A stretch of 64,000 bases of DNA from Candidatus Velthaea sp. (GTDB lineage: Bacteria; Vulcanimicrobiota; Vulcanimicrobiia; Vulcanimicrobiales; Vulcanimicrobiaceae), in the NCBI GenBank assembly GCA_050012475.1, contig JBEKHC010000011.1, forward strand, positions 1-64,000, in the 5' to 3' direction. Below, piece after piece: positions 54,603-64,000 of the stretch. A program made the translations under genes and the position numbers. Every line of letters begins with the position of its first letter. The first letter of the stretch is position 1. The notes beneath the pieces are model-generated. The model did not search any database. It worked only from the letters and a program-made list of their open reading frames with translations, and had not been told where the DNA came from.

Positions 54603-56144
54603 CTATTCCGGCGCCGCCGCGTCGATTCGGGGAAACAATGCGGCTCCCGGTTCGGTCTGCGTGTTCGCCGCCAAGCCGCCCCATTGGAGTTCGTCGCGCC
54701 AGAGGACTTCGGGGATTCCGGCTAACCCCAGCTGGTGCCACATTTCGCCGGCTTTTTCGGGCATGAACGGATAGGTGAGGATGGCCAGCCAGCGCAAGCC
54801 TTCGCACAGATCGTAGAGCACCGCGTCGAGCCGGTCGCCCAAACCGGCTTTGTGCAGCGCCCACGGTTTTTGCTCTTCGATTTCGCGATTGAGGGCGGTC
54901 ACCAGTTCCCAGATCGCATCGAGCGCTTCGCGAAATTGTAAGTTCGTCACGCGTTCGTAGACGATGCTGCCGAGATCGGCAAAACGTTCACCGAGCTGCG
55001 ATTCCACCGCTTGCGGAACGAGTCCGTTGCGGTATTTCGAGAGCATGGCCAGCGAACGGCGCAGCAGATTCCCTAAATCGTTGCCCAAATCGCTGTTGTG
55101 CCGCAAGCGCAGTTTTTCGACCGATACCGTGAAGTCGCTGCCGAACGGCGCTTCGCGCAACAGAAAATAGCGAATCGAATCGGCGCCGTAGGTGTCGACG
55201 AGTGCGAACGGATCGAAAACGTTGCCCAAGCTCTTGGACATCTTTTGGCCCTCGCTGAGAATCCAGCCGTGGGCGTAGACGAGTTTGGGGGGCTCGAGCC
55301 CCAGCGCCCAGAGCATCGCGGGCCAGATGATCGTGTGAAAGCGCGCGATCTCCTTGCCGATGAGCTGCACGCTGGCCGGCCACACCCGCGCGAACAATTC
55401 CGGATTGTCGTGCCAACCGGTCGCGGTGATGTAGTTGAGCAGCGCGTCGAACCACACGTACATCACCAAGCCGCCGGTGTTGGGCAGCGGGATGCCCCAG
55501 TCGAAGTTCATCCGCGAGATCGAAAAATCGTCGAGGCCGCCTTCGATGATCGCCATCATCTCGTTCCAGACCGAAACCGGGCGCACGAAGTCGCGGTGCT
55601 CGTTGAAATACGCCATGAGCCGGTCGCGGTAGGCGGAGAGCCGGAAGAACCAATCCTCTTCGGAGAGCCAGTCGACGGGCCGCCGGCATTCCGGATTCGG
55701 GCAGCGCCCGTCGATGAGCTTGGATTCCGGCCAGAAGGTCTCGTCGTTGGTGCAGTACCAGCCTTCGTACGTACCCAAGTAGATCTCGCCGTTCGCGCGC
55801 AACCGCTCGAAGACGGCGACGCAGGCCTCTTTGTGTCGCGGTTCGGTCGTGCGAATGAAGTCGTCGAAGCGGGCGTTGAAGATCGGCCCGAGCGAACGCC
55901 AGCGCGGCACTAGTTCGTCGACGTAGTGTTGCGGCGTTTTGCCGGCCGCGGCCGCGGCATTGGCGACTTTCTGACCGTGCTCGTCGACGCCGGTCAATGC
56001 GTAGGCGGGGCCGAAGGCGCGCGCGGTTCGCACCAGCACGTCGGCGGCGATCGTCGTGTAGGCGTGGCCGATGTGCGGATCGCCGCTGATGTAGTAGATC
56101 GGCGTGGTGACGAAAAAGGCGCGGTCCATTCCGCTCGCGTTCAC
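54603..56144 (-). CDS. metG: Methionine--tRNA ligase (short form)
   Basis: TTPIYY, HIGH, YVWFDAL, KMSKS; no C-terminal tRNA-binding domain. Confidence 0.97.
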   Translation of the reverse strand: MNASGMDRAFFVTTPIYYISGDPHIGHAYTTIAADVLVRTARAFGPAYALTGVDEHGQKVANAAAAAGKTPQHYVDELVPRWRSLGPIFNARFDDFIRTTEPRHKEACVAVFERLRANGEIYLGTYEGWYCTNDETFWPESKLIDGRCPNPECRRPVDWLSEEDWFFRLSAYRDRLMAYFNEHRDFVRPVSVWNEMMAIIEGGLDDFSISRMNFDWGIPLPNTGGLVMYVWFDALLNYITATGWHDNPELFARVWPASVQLIGKEIARFHTIIWPAMLWALGLEPPKLVYAHGWILSEGQKMSKSLGNVFDPFALVDTYGADSIRYFLLREAPFGSDFTVSVEKLRLRHNSDLGNDLGNLLRRSLAMLSKYRNGLVPQAVESQLGERFADLGSIVYERVTNLQFREALDAIWELVTALNREIEEQKPWALHKAGLGDRLDAVLYDLCEGLRWLAILTYPFMPEKAGEMWHQLGLAGIPEVLWRDELQWGGLAANTQTEPGAALFPRIDAAAPE

Positions 56145-56992
56145 GCTTCGGTCGCGCTTGGACCTGCGCGGCGCCGCTCGCTCACGCGGGCGTAGAGATG
56201 GCGGCGTTCGCCCAAGCCCTGCTCGGCAAGCATTTTCGCAATCGCGGACGTGCTCAAACCCTGCTCGATGAGCGTGCCAATGGTGGCGTCAACAGCTTCG
56301 GCGGTAGCCGGTGTGGCGACCGGTTCTGCTGCGCCGGCGGCGAGCACGAAGACGATTTCACCGCGGACGGGTTCATCCAGCGCTTGGGCCACCGCCGCCG
56401 GCGTGCCGGCGATCTGCTGCTCGTGCAGCTTGGTGAACTCGCGCAGCAGAAACACTTGCACGTCCGGCTCGACGCCGGCGAGATCGGCCAGCGTCGCCCG
56501 AATCCGGTGCGGCGCTTCGTACCAAACGGTCGGCTCGGCTCGTTTGAGCGCGGCGCGGAAGGCGGCTCGGCGGTCCGCTGAACCGCGCGGCGGAAAACCC
56601 TCGAAGGCAAAGCGCCGGAGATCGAAGCCCGACAAAACGGCCGCGCAGGCAAAGGCGGTCGCCCCGGGGAGCACTTCGACCGGGATGCCGGCGAACCGCG
56701 CGGCCGTGACGAGTGCCGTTCCGGGATCGCTGATGCCGGGCATGCCGGCGTCGGTGACCACCGCGACGAGCGCGGCCTGCGCGCGTTCGAGGATCGCGCC
56801 GGTCGCCGTAGCCGCGTTGTGCTCGTGGTAGGTCCAAATCTCGCGGCCCGGCAGGCTGTAAGCGGAAAGCAGCCGCCGCGCCACGCGCGAGTCTTCGGCA
56901 ACGATCAGCGGCGCTTCACGCAGCACGTCGAGCGCGCGCAGCGTGATGTCGCGGAGGTTGCCCAGCGGCGTCGGCACGAACACGAGCGGCAT
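56141..56992 (-). CDS. rsmI: 16S rRNA C1402 2'-O-methyltransferase
   Basis: PTPLGNLRDIT.RA, AEDSR, DAGMPGISDPG, YEAPHR, REFTKLHE. Confidence 0.96.
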   Translation of the reverse strand: MPLVFVPTPLGNLRDITLRALDVLREAPLIVAEDSRVARRLLSAYSLPGREIWTYHEHNAATATGAILERAQAALVAVVTDAGMPGISDPGTALVTAARFAGIPVEVLPGATAFACAAVLSGFDLRRFAFEGFPPRGSADRRAAFRAALKRAEPTVWYEAPHRIRATLADLAGVEPDVQVFLLREFTKLHEQQIAGTPAAVAQALDEPVRGEIVFVLAAGAAEPVATPATAEAVDATIGTLIEQGLSTSAIAKMLAEQGLGERRHLYARVSERRRAGPSATEA

Positions 56993-58268
56993 GCCTCCCG
57001 ATTCGGCGCGCGCGGCGCAAACGATTGTGCGCCTGATCGAACTGCGCGGGCACATCCTCGACAGCGGCATCTTTTCGCGCGTGCTCGGCATTCTCACCGA
57101 CTACGAGCAGACGTCGTACGTGATCGAAGAATTCGACAGCGGCCAGACCAAGAACGACGTTTCCTACGCCCGTTTGAGCATCATGGCGGACGATGCGGAC
57201 GTCATGCGCGAGGTGCTCGACCGCCTGCGCGACGTCGGCGCGACCGTGCAGGCCGATCACGACGCCGCCACCGAGCCGGCGCCGGCCGACGGCGTGCTGC
57301 CCGACCTCTTTTACGCCACGACCAACTTCCCGACCGAAGTCCGCATCGGCGGACGGTGGGTGTCCGTCGCGCTGCCCGAGATGGATTGTGCGATCGTCCT
57401 CGAGGAAACCGGCGCGCGAACCGTTACGCCGTCCGACATCGTGCGCGGCCAGCAGGTCGTCGTCGGCGCCGAAGGCGTGCGCGTGCAGTTGCCGCAGCGC
57501 GCGCGTAAGAAAGCGGTCTTCGAGTTCATGGCCAGCGCCGTATCGAGTGAGAAACCGCGTCAAGCGCTGCTGGGAGAAGTGGCGCGCGAATTGCTCGCGG
57601 TGCGCGCGAGCGGCAAACGCGTGCTGCTCGTCGGCGGTCCGGCGATCGTGCATACCGGCGCCGCGCCGTACTTGGCCGAACTCGTTCGCGACGGCTACAT
57701 CACGGCGATCTTCGCCGGTAATGCGCTTGCCGTGCACGATATGGAGGCGCAATTCTTCGGCACGTCGCTGGGCGTCAATTTACACGATGCGTTTCCGGCC
57801 GAAGAAGGCCACGTGCACCACCTGCGAACCGTGAACCGTATCCGCGCGGCCGGCGGGATCGCCAACGCGATCGCCGGCGGGTTGCTCACCGGCGGCGTGA
57901 TGTACGAGGCGTATAAGAAGCAGATTCCGGTCGTGCTGGCCGGTTCGATCCGCGACGACGGCCCGATTCCCGACGTCATCACCGATGTCGTCGAATGTCA
58001 GCGGGCGATGCGGCGTTACGTTCCTCAGATCGGCATGGCGCTCATGGTGTGCACGCTTCTGCACTCGATCGCGGTCGGCAATCTGTTGCCCGCCACGTGC
58101 AAGACGATTTGCGTCGACATCAATCCGTCAAGCGTCACCAAGCTCACCGACCGCGGTTCGCATCAAACGCTGGGGATCGTGATGGACGCCTCGTCGTTCC
58201 TGCGCGAGCTCACGCTCGCGATCCACGCCGTCGAGCACGAAGCCGAACCGACGGGGTTTGCGCCGTAG
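56991..58268 (+). CDS. TIGR00300/LOR-SDH family protein (putative ornithine cyclodeaminase)
   Basis: GHILDSG, FYATTN, EMDC, FEFM.S.VSSEKP, GNALAVHD, LAGSIRDDGP, KLTDRGS; start 56991 or GTG 57027. Confidence 0.9.
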   Translation: MPPDSARAAQTIVRLIELRGHILDSGIFSRVLGILTDYEQTSYVIEEFDSGQTKNDVSYARLSIMADDADVMREVLDRLRDVGATVQADHDAATEPAPADGVLPDLFYATTNFPTEVRIGGRWVSVALPEMDCAIVLEETGARTVTPSDIVRGQQVVVGAEGVRVQLPQRARKKAVFEFMASAVSSEKPRQALLGEVARELLAVRASGKRVLLVGGPAIVHTGAAPYLAELVRDGYITAIFAGNALAVHDMEAQFFGTSLGVNLHDAFPAEEGHVHHLRTVNRIRAAGGIANAIAGGLLTGGVMYEAYKKQIPVVLAGSIRDDGPIPDVITDVVECQRAMRRYVPQIGMALMVCTLLHSIAVGNLLPATCKTICVDINPSSVTKLTDRGSHQTLGIVMDASSFLRELTLAIHAVEHEAEPTGFAP

Positions 58269-58318
58269 GACGAGCGCGGTGCCGGATCGACGCCGGCGAT
58301 TCGCGCCGTTGACGCACA

Positions 58319-58957
58319 TCAGCGGCTGACGTAGACGGCGACGGCCTGATGCGTGCGCAGCATCAACGTTGAATCCCGGTCGAACTTTGCTTTGAGGATG
58401 AGGTCGTCCACGCCGGCGTCGCCGTAGACGTACAACAGCCTCAGCCGCCGGGGAAGGCGTTTCAATGACGCCCGAACGTTGAGCAGCACGTCATGCAGCA
58501 CCGACGCTGGAAAAGGGTTGAACATGTACAAGAAATTGTACCGGTCAAAGTCGCGAAAATCGGCGGCGTCGGTGCACACGATCGCGGACTTCTCGATCGC
58601 CAGCCGCTTGATGTTTTTGAGCCCGATGTCCACCAGTTTGGGTGAAATCTCAACGCCGTCGACCCGCCGGAAGGGAAAGCGAGCCATGGTAATGATCGCG
58701 CCTCCCTTACCGCAGCCGACATCCAGCGCGCAATCGTCACTCGAGATCGGCAGCGAACGCAAGACGTGATCCAACCCCGGGCCGCCGGTATTGGAATAGC
58801 CGAAAGAACGCTCAGCGCTCAGGTGAAGTTTCGCCGTGCTCTCGATGCCGAGGTCGATGCCACGGCAGGCCATGGCAATCCGCCACATTGCATAGGCTCG
58901 GTCATCCCGGTCGGCGATGATGCGGCGCAACAGCTGCAGCGTATGTTTCCCGATCAT
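58319..58957 (-). CDS. Class I SAM-dependent methyltransferase
   Basis: LDVGCGKG, GVEIS, DAADF, YMFNPF; start uncertain. Confidence 0.82.
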   Translation of the reverse strand: MIGKHTLQLLRRIIADRDDRAYAMWRIAMACRGIDLGIESTAKLHLSAERSFGYSNTGGPGLDHVLRSLPISSDDCALDVGCGKGGAIITMARFPFRRVDGVEISPKLVDIGLKNIKRLAIEKSAIVCTDAADFRDFDRYNFLYMFNPFPASVLHDVLLNVRASLKRLPRRLRLLYVYGDAGVDDLILKAKFDRDSTLMLRTHQAVAVYVSR

Positions 58958-59235
58958 CTTGATCGTCTCGAATTCCTTCGCACGTGGCAGAAGAGGCCAC
59001 CGGTGGTTCTGACGGCCAGTTCCTCCGCTTCGCTCTGCGGCCCCATTCGTCATCGGCGATCGACGCATTCCGTGCGTGCGATAACACAAATGAGGACGTT
59101 CGTCCTCGGTCTCGTGCATTGAAGAGAAGCCGTGCAGCCCGCGTGCGGGACCAACGCCGCTGGCGCGGCGTCGAGACGTTTGCTGCGCCGTCCCGACTGT
59201 GCGCACGGTGCGGTGGTTCGGGCGTACTTGCGCAG

Positions 59236-60681
59236 TCAGCCGGTCGCCGGCGCGTGAACGCTTGCGATGCGCAGCACGTTCGTTTTGCCGGCCGTTCCGA
59301 ACGGCACGCCGGCGGTCACCACGATCGACTGCCCGTCGCCGGCGATCCCGTCGCGCGCGGCGATGAAGCCGGCCTTATCCACCATTTCGTTGAAATTAGC
59401 GACGTCCGACGTGTGCACGGCGTGAACGCCGAACGACAACGTCAGCCGCCGTGCCGTTTCGACCTTCGAGGTCAAGCACAGAATGGGGATCTCCGGACGT
59501 TCGCGCGCGGCGCGCAGCGTCGTCGAACCCGAGGTCGTGTACGTTGCGATGGCGACCGCGCCGATCGTCTCCGCCACCTGTTTTGCCGCTGCGGTGATCG
59601 CGTCCGCCGCCGTGTTCTGCAATGCCTGGTGCTGGGCGACGAGTCCCGCATGATACGAAGGATCTTCCTGCGTGCGGTTGGCGATCCGGTTCATCATCGC
59701 AACCGCCCCAATCGGATATTGACCGATGGCGCTTTCGGCCGAGAGCATGATCGCGTCGGCGCCGTCGTAGACGGCGGTGGCAACGTCGGAGGCCTCGGCT
59801 CGCGTCGGCGTCGAGTTCGTGATCATCGACTCCAGCATTTGCGTTGCCACGATGACCGGCTTTCCGACGCGGCGCGCTTCGCGCACGATGCTCCTTTGAA
59901 TGGCGGGGACGTCTTCGGGCGGGGTTTCAACCCCTAAATCGCCGCGCGCGACCATCACCCCGTCGGCGACTTCGAGAATCGACAACAGATTCGTGACCGC
60001 GGCCGGTTTCTCGAGCTTGGCAAGCACGGCGGCGCGGTCGCCGATGAGCGCACGCGCTTCTTCAATGTCCTCGGCCCGCTGAACGAACGAAAGGGCAATC
60101 CAGTCAACGCCCGCGTCCAACGCCGCAGCAAGATCGGCGCGATCCTTTGGGGTCAACGGCGACAAGGGAATCACGACGTCCGGAACGTTGACGCCTTTGT
60201 GATCCGAAAGCGTATTGCCGATCATCACCTGCGTTTCGATGACGTCTTTTGCGCAGCTGACGACACGCAGCCGGATTTTGCCGTCGTCGCAGAGCAACGC
60301 GGAGCCTTCGGTGAGTGCCGCAAAAATCTCCGGATGCGGCAGACACACGCGGGTGGTATCGCCGGGCTTCGGGTCGAGGTCGAAGCAGAACGTCTGCCCC
60401 GCGATCAGTTCCACGGACCCTTGCGCAAACGTTCCGACGCGCAGCTTTGGCCCTTGCAGATCGGCAAGGACGGCGATGGGCCGCCCGGTCTCGGTTTCGA
60501 TCTCGCGGATGATTGCAAGCCGAGCCCGATGGTCGTCGTGAGTGCCGTGACTGTAGTTCAGCCGAAACACATCGGCCCCCGCGTCGAATAAGGCGCGAAT
60601 CGTTGTTTTGCTCGACGATGCCGGTCCCAGTGTCGCAACGATCTTGGTCCGTCGTCCGCGGCAAAGCACGGCGTCAGCCAC
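59236..60681 (-). CDS. pyk: Pyruvate kinase
   Basis: TKIVATLGPAS, RLNYSHG, DLQGPKLR, MVARGDLGVE, ATQMLESM, PTRAE. Confidence 0.97.
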   Translation of the reverse strand: MADAVLCRGRRTKIVATLGPASSSKTTIRALFDAGADVFRLNYSHGTHDDHRARLAIIREIETETGRPIAVLADLQGPKLRVGTFAQGSVELIAGQTFCFDLDPKPGDTTRVCLPHPEIFAALTEGSALLCDDGKIRLRVVSCAKDVIETQVMIGNTLSDHKGVNVPDVVIPLSPLTPKDRADLAAALDAGVDWIALSFVQRAEDIEEARALIGDRAAVLAKLEKPAAVTNLLSILEVADGVMVARGDLGVETPPEDVPAIQRSIVREARRVGKPVIVATQMLESMITNSTPTRAEASDVATAVYDGADAIMLSAESAIGQYPIGAVAMMNRIANRTQEDPSYHAGLVAQHQALQNTAADAITAAAKQVAETIGAVAIATYTTSGSTTLRAARERPEIPILCLTSKVETARRLTLSFGVHAVHTSDVANFNEMVDKAGFIAARDGIAGDGQSIVVTAGVPFGTAGKTNVLRIASVHAPATG

Positions 60682-60773
60682 GCCGTTCGCTCGAGATAGG
60701 AAAGGGCTCGTTCATCGAGCGACGACGTTCGGGCCCGGCCCGGCAGGTCCCGCGATCGGTGCCGGCGCTAGAA

Positions 60774-60815
60774 GAATGCGCTTCGCGCATTCCGTCGCGT
60801 TTGGGCTTCGCCCGA
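60774..60815. repeat. Two GC-TTC-GC capped hairpins after proA
   Basis: GAATGCGC-TTC-GCGCATTC (60774-60792) and TTGGGC-TTC-GCCCGA (60801-60815). Confidence 0.55.
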
Positions 60816-60822
60816 GCCGCCC

Positions 60823-62106
60823 CTAGGGGCGCACTTGACCGGTGCCGCGCACGACGTACTTGTAACTGGTGAGCTGTTCGGCACCCACGGGGCCGCGCGG
60901 CGGGAGCCGGCCGGTCGAGATGCCGATCTCGGCGCCCATGCCGAATTCGCCGCCGTCGGCGAATTGGGTCGAAGCGTTCAGCAGTACGATCGCGCTTTCG
61001 ACCTCGCTCAAGAAGCGTTGCGCCGCGCGCTCGTCTTCGGTCACGATCGCGTCGGTGTGCTGCGAGCCGTAACGGTTGATGTGGGCGATCGCGCCGTCGA
61101 CGCCGTCGACGATCCGCACCGAGAGAATTGCGTCGAGATACTCCGTCGTCCAGTCCGCCTCGGTCGCCGGCAGCGCGTGCGCAAAGAGCGCCCGCGTTTC
61201 GGCGTCGCCGCGAATCTCGCAGCCGGCAGCTTGCAAGTCGGAGAGAATCGGCGCGACGTGGGTCGCCGCGACGGCGCGGTCGACGAGCAGCGTTTCGGTC
61301 GCGCCGCAAATGCCGGTCCGCCGCATCTTCGCGTTGAGCACGATGCTGCGGCTTTTCGCCAGGTCGGCCGCGCCGTCGACGTACGTGTGGCAGATGCCGT
61401 CGAGATGCGCGATGACCGGGATCCGGCTCTCGCGCTGGACGCGCTCGATGAGCGAACGCCCGCCGCGCGGAACGATCACGTCGATGAGGCCGGCCAGGCC
61501 GAGCATCAGCCCGACGGCGGCGCGATCGCGCGTGGGCACCAGCTGCACCGCCGTCTCCGGCAGACCCGCGGCCGCGATGCCGCGGCGCAGGCACGTTTCG
61601 ATGACGCGCGAGGAATGGAAACTTTCGGACCCGCCGCGCAGAATCACCGCGTTGCCGGCGCGCAGGCACAGGCTGCCCGCATCAGCCGTCACGTTGGGCC
61701 GCGATTCGTAGATGATGCCGATCACGCCAAGCGGGATGCGCACCCGCGCGATGTCCAAGCCGTTGGGCTGCGTCCAGCGAGCGAGTTCGGTGCCGATCGG
61801 ATCGGGCAGCTCGGCGACGGTTTCCAGGCCGGTTGCCATCGCCTCGATCCGTTTGGTATCGAGTCGCAGCCGGTCGAGCAGAGCCGTCGAGACCGCCATT
61901 CGCTTGGCCAGCGCAACGTCGTCGCCGTTGGCGGCAAGCAGTTCGCTGCGCGCGGCTCGGATCGCCTGGGCGCCGGCGCGCAGCGCCGCCGTTTTCTGCT
62001 CGGGCTGGGCACGGGCCAGCACGGCTGCGGCTTCGCGCGCCGCAACCGCCAGCGCGCGCACTTCGCGCTCGAGTTCCGCCGGATCTTTTTCCTGGATGAT
62101 CGTCAT
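60823..62106 (-). CDS. proA: Gamma-glutamyl phosphate reductase
   Basis: [39 protein letters not shown]. Confidence 0.97.
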   Translation of the reverse strand: MTIIQEKDPAELEREVRALAVAAREAAAVLARAQPEQKTAALRAGAQAIRAARSELLAANGDDVALAKRMAVSTALLDRLRLDTKRIEAMATGLETVAELPDPIGTELARWTQPNGLDIARVRIPLGVIGIIYESRPNVTADAGSLCLRAGNAVILRGGSESFHSSRVIETCLRRGIAAAGLPETAVQLVPTRDRAAVGLMLGLAGLIDVIVPRGGRSLIERVQRESRIPVIAHLDGICHTYVDGAADLAKSRSIVLNAKMRRTGICGATETLLVDRAVAATHVAPILSDLQAAGCEIRGDAETRALFAHALPATEADWTTEYLDAILSVRIVDGVDGAIAHINRYGSQHTDAIVTEDERAAQRFLSEVESAIVLLNASTQFADGGEFGMGAEIGISTGRLPPRGPVGAEQLTSYKYVVRGTGQVRP

Positions 62107-63230
62107 GGCCGTCTCCCGCTCACTACCAGATCGTCGCGGTGGATCATCTCGTCCTGGCCACGGTAGCCCAGAATTGCCTCGATGTCGCTGCTGCGGTGTC
62201 CGGCGATCGCTTGAGCGTCGGAACTCGAGTAGGCCGCTAGGCCGCGCGCCAGCTCCTGCCCTTCGCGATTACGAACGACAACCGCATCGCCGCGCTTGAA
62301 GTTGCCGTCGACGCCGACCACGCCGGCGGGCAACAGGCTGGCGTTGCGAGCGAGCGCGCTGGCAGCGCCGTCGTCGACGACGAGGACGCCGGCGGCGTTG
62401 ACCGCGCCGGCGATCCAACGCTTGCGGGCCGTGTGCGGCTCGGTGTCGGGAATGAACCAGCTCACGCGCGTGCCCGCCTCGATGGCGGCCAGCGGACGCA
62501 ACCCGCTGCCCCGAGCGATCACCATGCGGCAACCCGAAGCCATCGCGATGCGCGCCGCCGCGAGCTTGGTCACCATGCCCCCCGAGCTGTGGCCGCGCGG
62601 GGCAGGCCCGGCCATCGCTTGGATCTCCGGGGTGATCGAATAGACTTCGCCGATGTGCTGCGCCGCGGGATCGCGGCGCGGATCGGCCGTGTACAGACCG
62701 TCGATGTCGGAAAGCAGAACCAGCGTATCGGCGCTGATCATCTGGGCGACGCGTGCGGCCAGCCGATCGTTGTCGCCGAAGCGGATCTCCGCGGTGGCAA
62801 CCGTGTCGTTTTCATTGATGACGGGCACGGCGCCCAGCGTCAGCAGCTGCTCGATCGTCGCCCGCGCGTTCAAGTGGCGGCGACGCTGCTCGGTGTCGTT
62901 GAGCGTAAGCAGAATCTGCGCGACGCCGATGCCGTGTCGCGCCAGCGCTTCGAGATACGCATGCGCGAGGCGGATCTGTCCGGTCGCCGCCGCGGCCTGT
63001 TTTTCTTCGAGCTTGAGCGGGCTGCCGATGAGACCGAGATGACGTCGCCCAACCGCGATCGCTCCCGACGAAACGATGAGCACTTCCTGGCCGCGGGCGC
63101 GACAGCGCGCGATGTCCTCAACGAGTCCCGCCAGCCAGTCGTGGCGCACGTCGCCCGTCGTTTGATCGACGAGCAGCGCCGAACCGATCTTGACGATCAG
63201 CCGGCGCGCCGATTCGAGCCGTTCGTTCAT
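62103..63230 (-). CDS. proB: Glutamate 5-kinase with PUA domain
   Basis: VKIGS, VSSGA, NENDTV, FGDND, GGMVTK, SLLPAGV, IHRDDL. Confidence 0.97.
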   Translation of the reverse strand: MNERLESARRLIVKIGSALLVDQTTGDVRHDWLAGLVEDIARCRARGQEVLIVSSGAIAVGRRHLGLIGSPLKLEEKQAAAATGQIRLAHAYLEALARHGIGVAQILLTLNDTEQRRRHLNARATIEQLLTLGAVPVINENDTVATAEIRFGDNDRLAARVAQMISADTLVLLSDIDGLYTADPRRDPAAQHIGEVYSITPEIQAMAGPAPRGHSSGGMVTKLAAARIAMASGCRMVIARGSGLRPLAAIEAGTRVSWFIPDTEPHTARKRWIAGAVNAAGVLVVDDGAASALARNASLLPAGVVGVDGNFKRGDAVVVRNREGQELARGLAAYSSSDAQAIAGHRSSDIEAILGYRGQDEMIHRDDLVVSGRRP

Positions 63231-63252
63231 GTCGTGCTCGCGGTTTGAGCGC

Positions 63253-64000
63253 TCATTTCTTGGCCGCTTCCAACTGAACGAGCACGTTGCGCGCCTCTTC
63301 GACCGCGCGCGCCAGCACCGATCGAATCTTCCCGTCTTCGAGCACCAGCAGCGCGCCGATCGTGCAGCCGGCCGGGGTCGTCACGTCGTCGCGCAGGGCC
63401 GCGGGATGACGGTCGCTTTGCTGAACCATCGTTGCCGCGCCGAGAACGGTTTGCGTCACCAGCGTCATCGCCACGTCGCGCGGCAAGCCGACGTTCACGC
63501 CCGCATCGGCTAACGCTTCGATGACCAAATAGATATAGGCCGGACCACTGCCGCTAATTGCGGTCACTGCGTTGAGCTGAGCTTCGTCGATTCGAATGCA
63601 GCGTCCGACCGCGCCGAAGAGACGTTCGGCGATCGCGAGATGCTCGTTCGTCGCGCGCGAACCGCCGGCGATCGCGGTCATGCCCCGTCCCACGAAGCAC
63701 GGCGTGTTCGGCATCGCTCGCACAACCGGGTTCGCCCCGCCGAGCTGCGCTTCGATGTGTGCGGTGGAAACGCCGGCGGCGACCGAGATGACCAGTGCCC
63801 CCGACCGCAAGCCCCCCGCAATCAATTCGCGCAGTGCCGGATCGATCTGTTTCGGCTTCACCGCGAGGATGACGACGTCACTCGAACCGGCGAACGCTGC
63901 GTAGCTGGTGCACGTCGCAACACCCAGCTCGTCCGCGACGGCGCGGGCGGACGCCTCGGATTTGGTGGCCGCCCACACGGCGTCCGGCGCCACGCCGCTG
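63253..64000 (-). CDS. proC: Pyrroline-5-carboxylate reductase, 5' end outside window
   Basis: [32 protein letters not shown]. Confidence 0.95.
   Translation of the reverse strand, partial: SGVAPDAVWAATKSEASARAVADELGVATCTSYAAFAGSSDVVILAVKPKQIDPALRELIAGGLRSGALVISVAAGVSTAHIEAQLGGANPVVRAMPNTPCFVGRGMTAIAGGSRATNEHLAIAERLFGAVGRCIRIDEAQLNAVTAISGSGPAYIYLVIEALADAGVNVGLPRDVAMTLVTQTVLGAATMVQQSDRHPAALRDDVTTPAGCTIGALLVLEDGKIRSVLARAVEEARNVLVQLEAAKK

Noticed and set aside
59093..59108. Palindrome GAGGACG-TT-CGTCCTC as an operator
   Set aside because: Single instance with no second copy or cognate regulator nearby; cannot be supported

Overview
GC-rich bacterial chromosome segment of almost entirely housekeeping and metabolic genes. 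The sequence style is reminiscent of Eremiobacterota/WPS-2, but this is an impression, not demonstrated. In order: pnp (partial) and rpsO; Rieske ferredoxin, type-2 IDI, PfpI, a NAPRTase-like enzyme and PolX-PHP; an OFA MFS with an unannotated 44-aa partner; ChrA, IlvE and a class-A-type serine hydrolase; a BMP/nucleoside ABC operon; AI-2E, arginase, Ldh_2, a DHA2 pump and GGDEF-EAL; a tetrapyrrole operon (SirC-HemC-HemD' triple fusion, hemB, mobA, hemL, hemA, cobA-hemD, DUF92); a Rieske/cytochrome b-c complex; SelO; a menG-polyprenyl synthase-tatA-tatC-resB-ccsA block; tatD/metG/rsmI; a TIGR00300 protein; and pyk-proA-proB-proC. No rRNA, tRNA, CRISPR array, transposase, integrase or phage gene was recognised, and no clear novel multi-gene system stands out. 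The best leads are the three-domain heme-enzyme fusion, a REP-like repeat family with GCGAAGC-capped hairpins, a repeated GATCGC-plus-hairpin array between resB and ccsA, a PAWY (not PEWY) cytochrome b, TonB-like proteins with unusual C-termini, a gene split by a 13-bp tandem duplication, apparent leaderless genes and frequent HIP1-like GCGATCGC.
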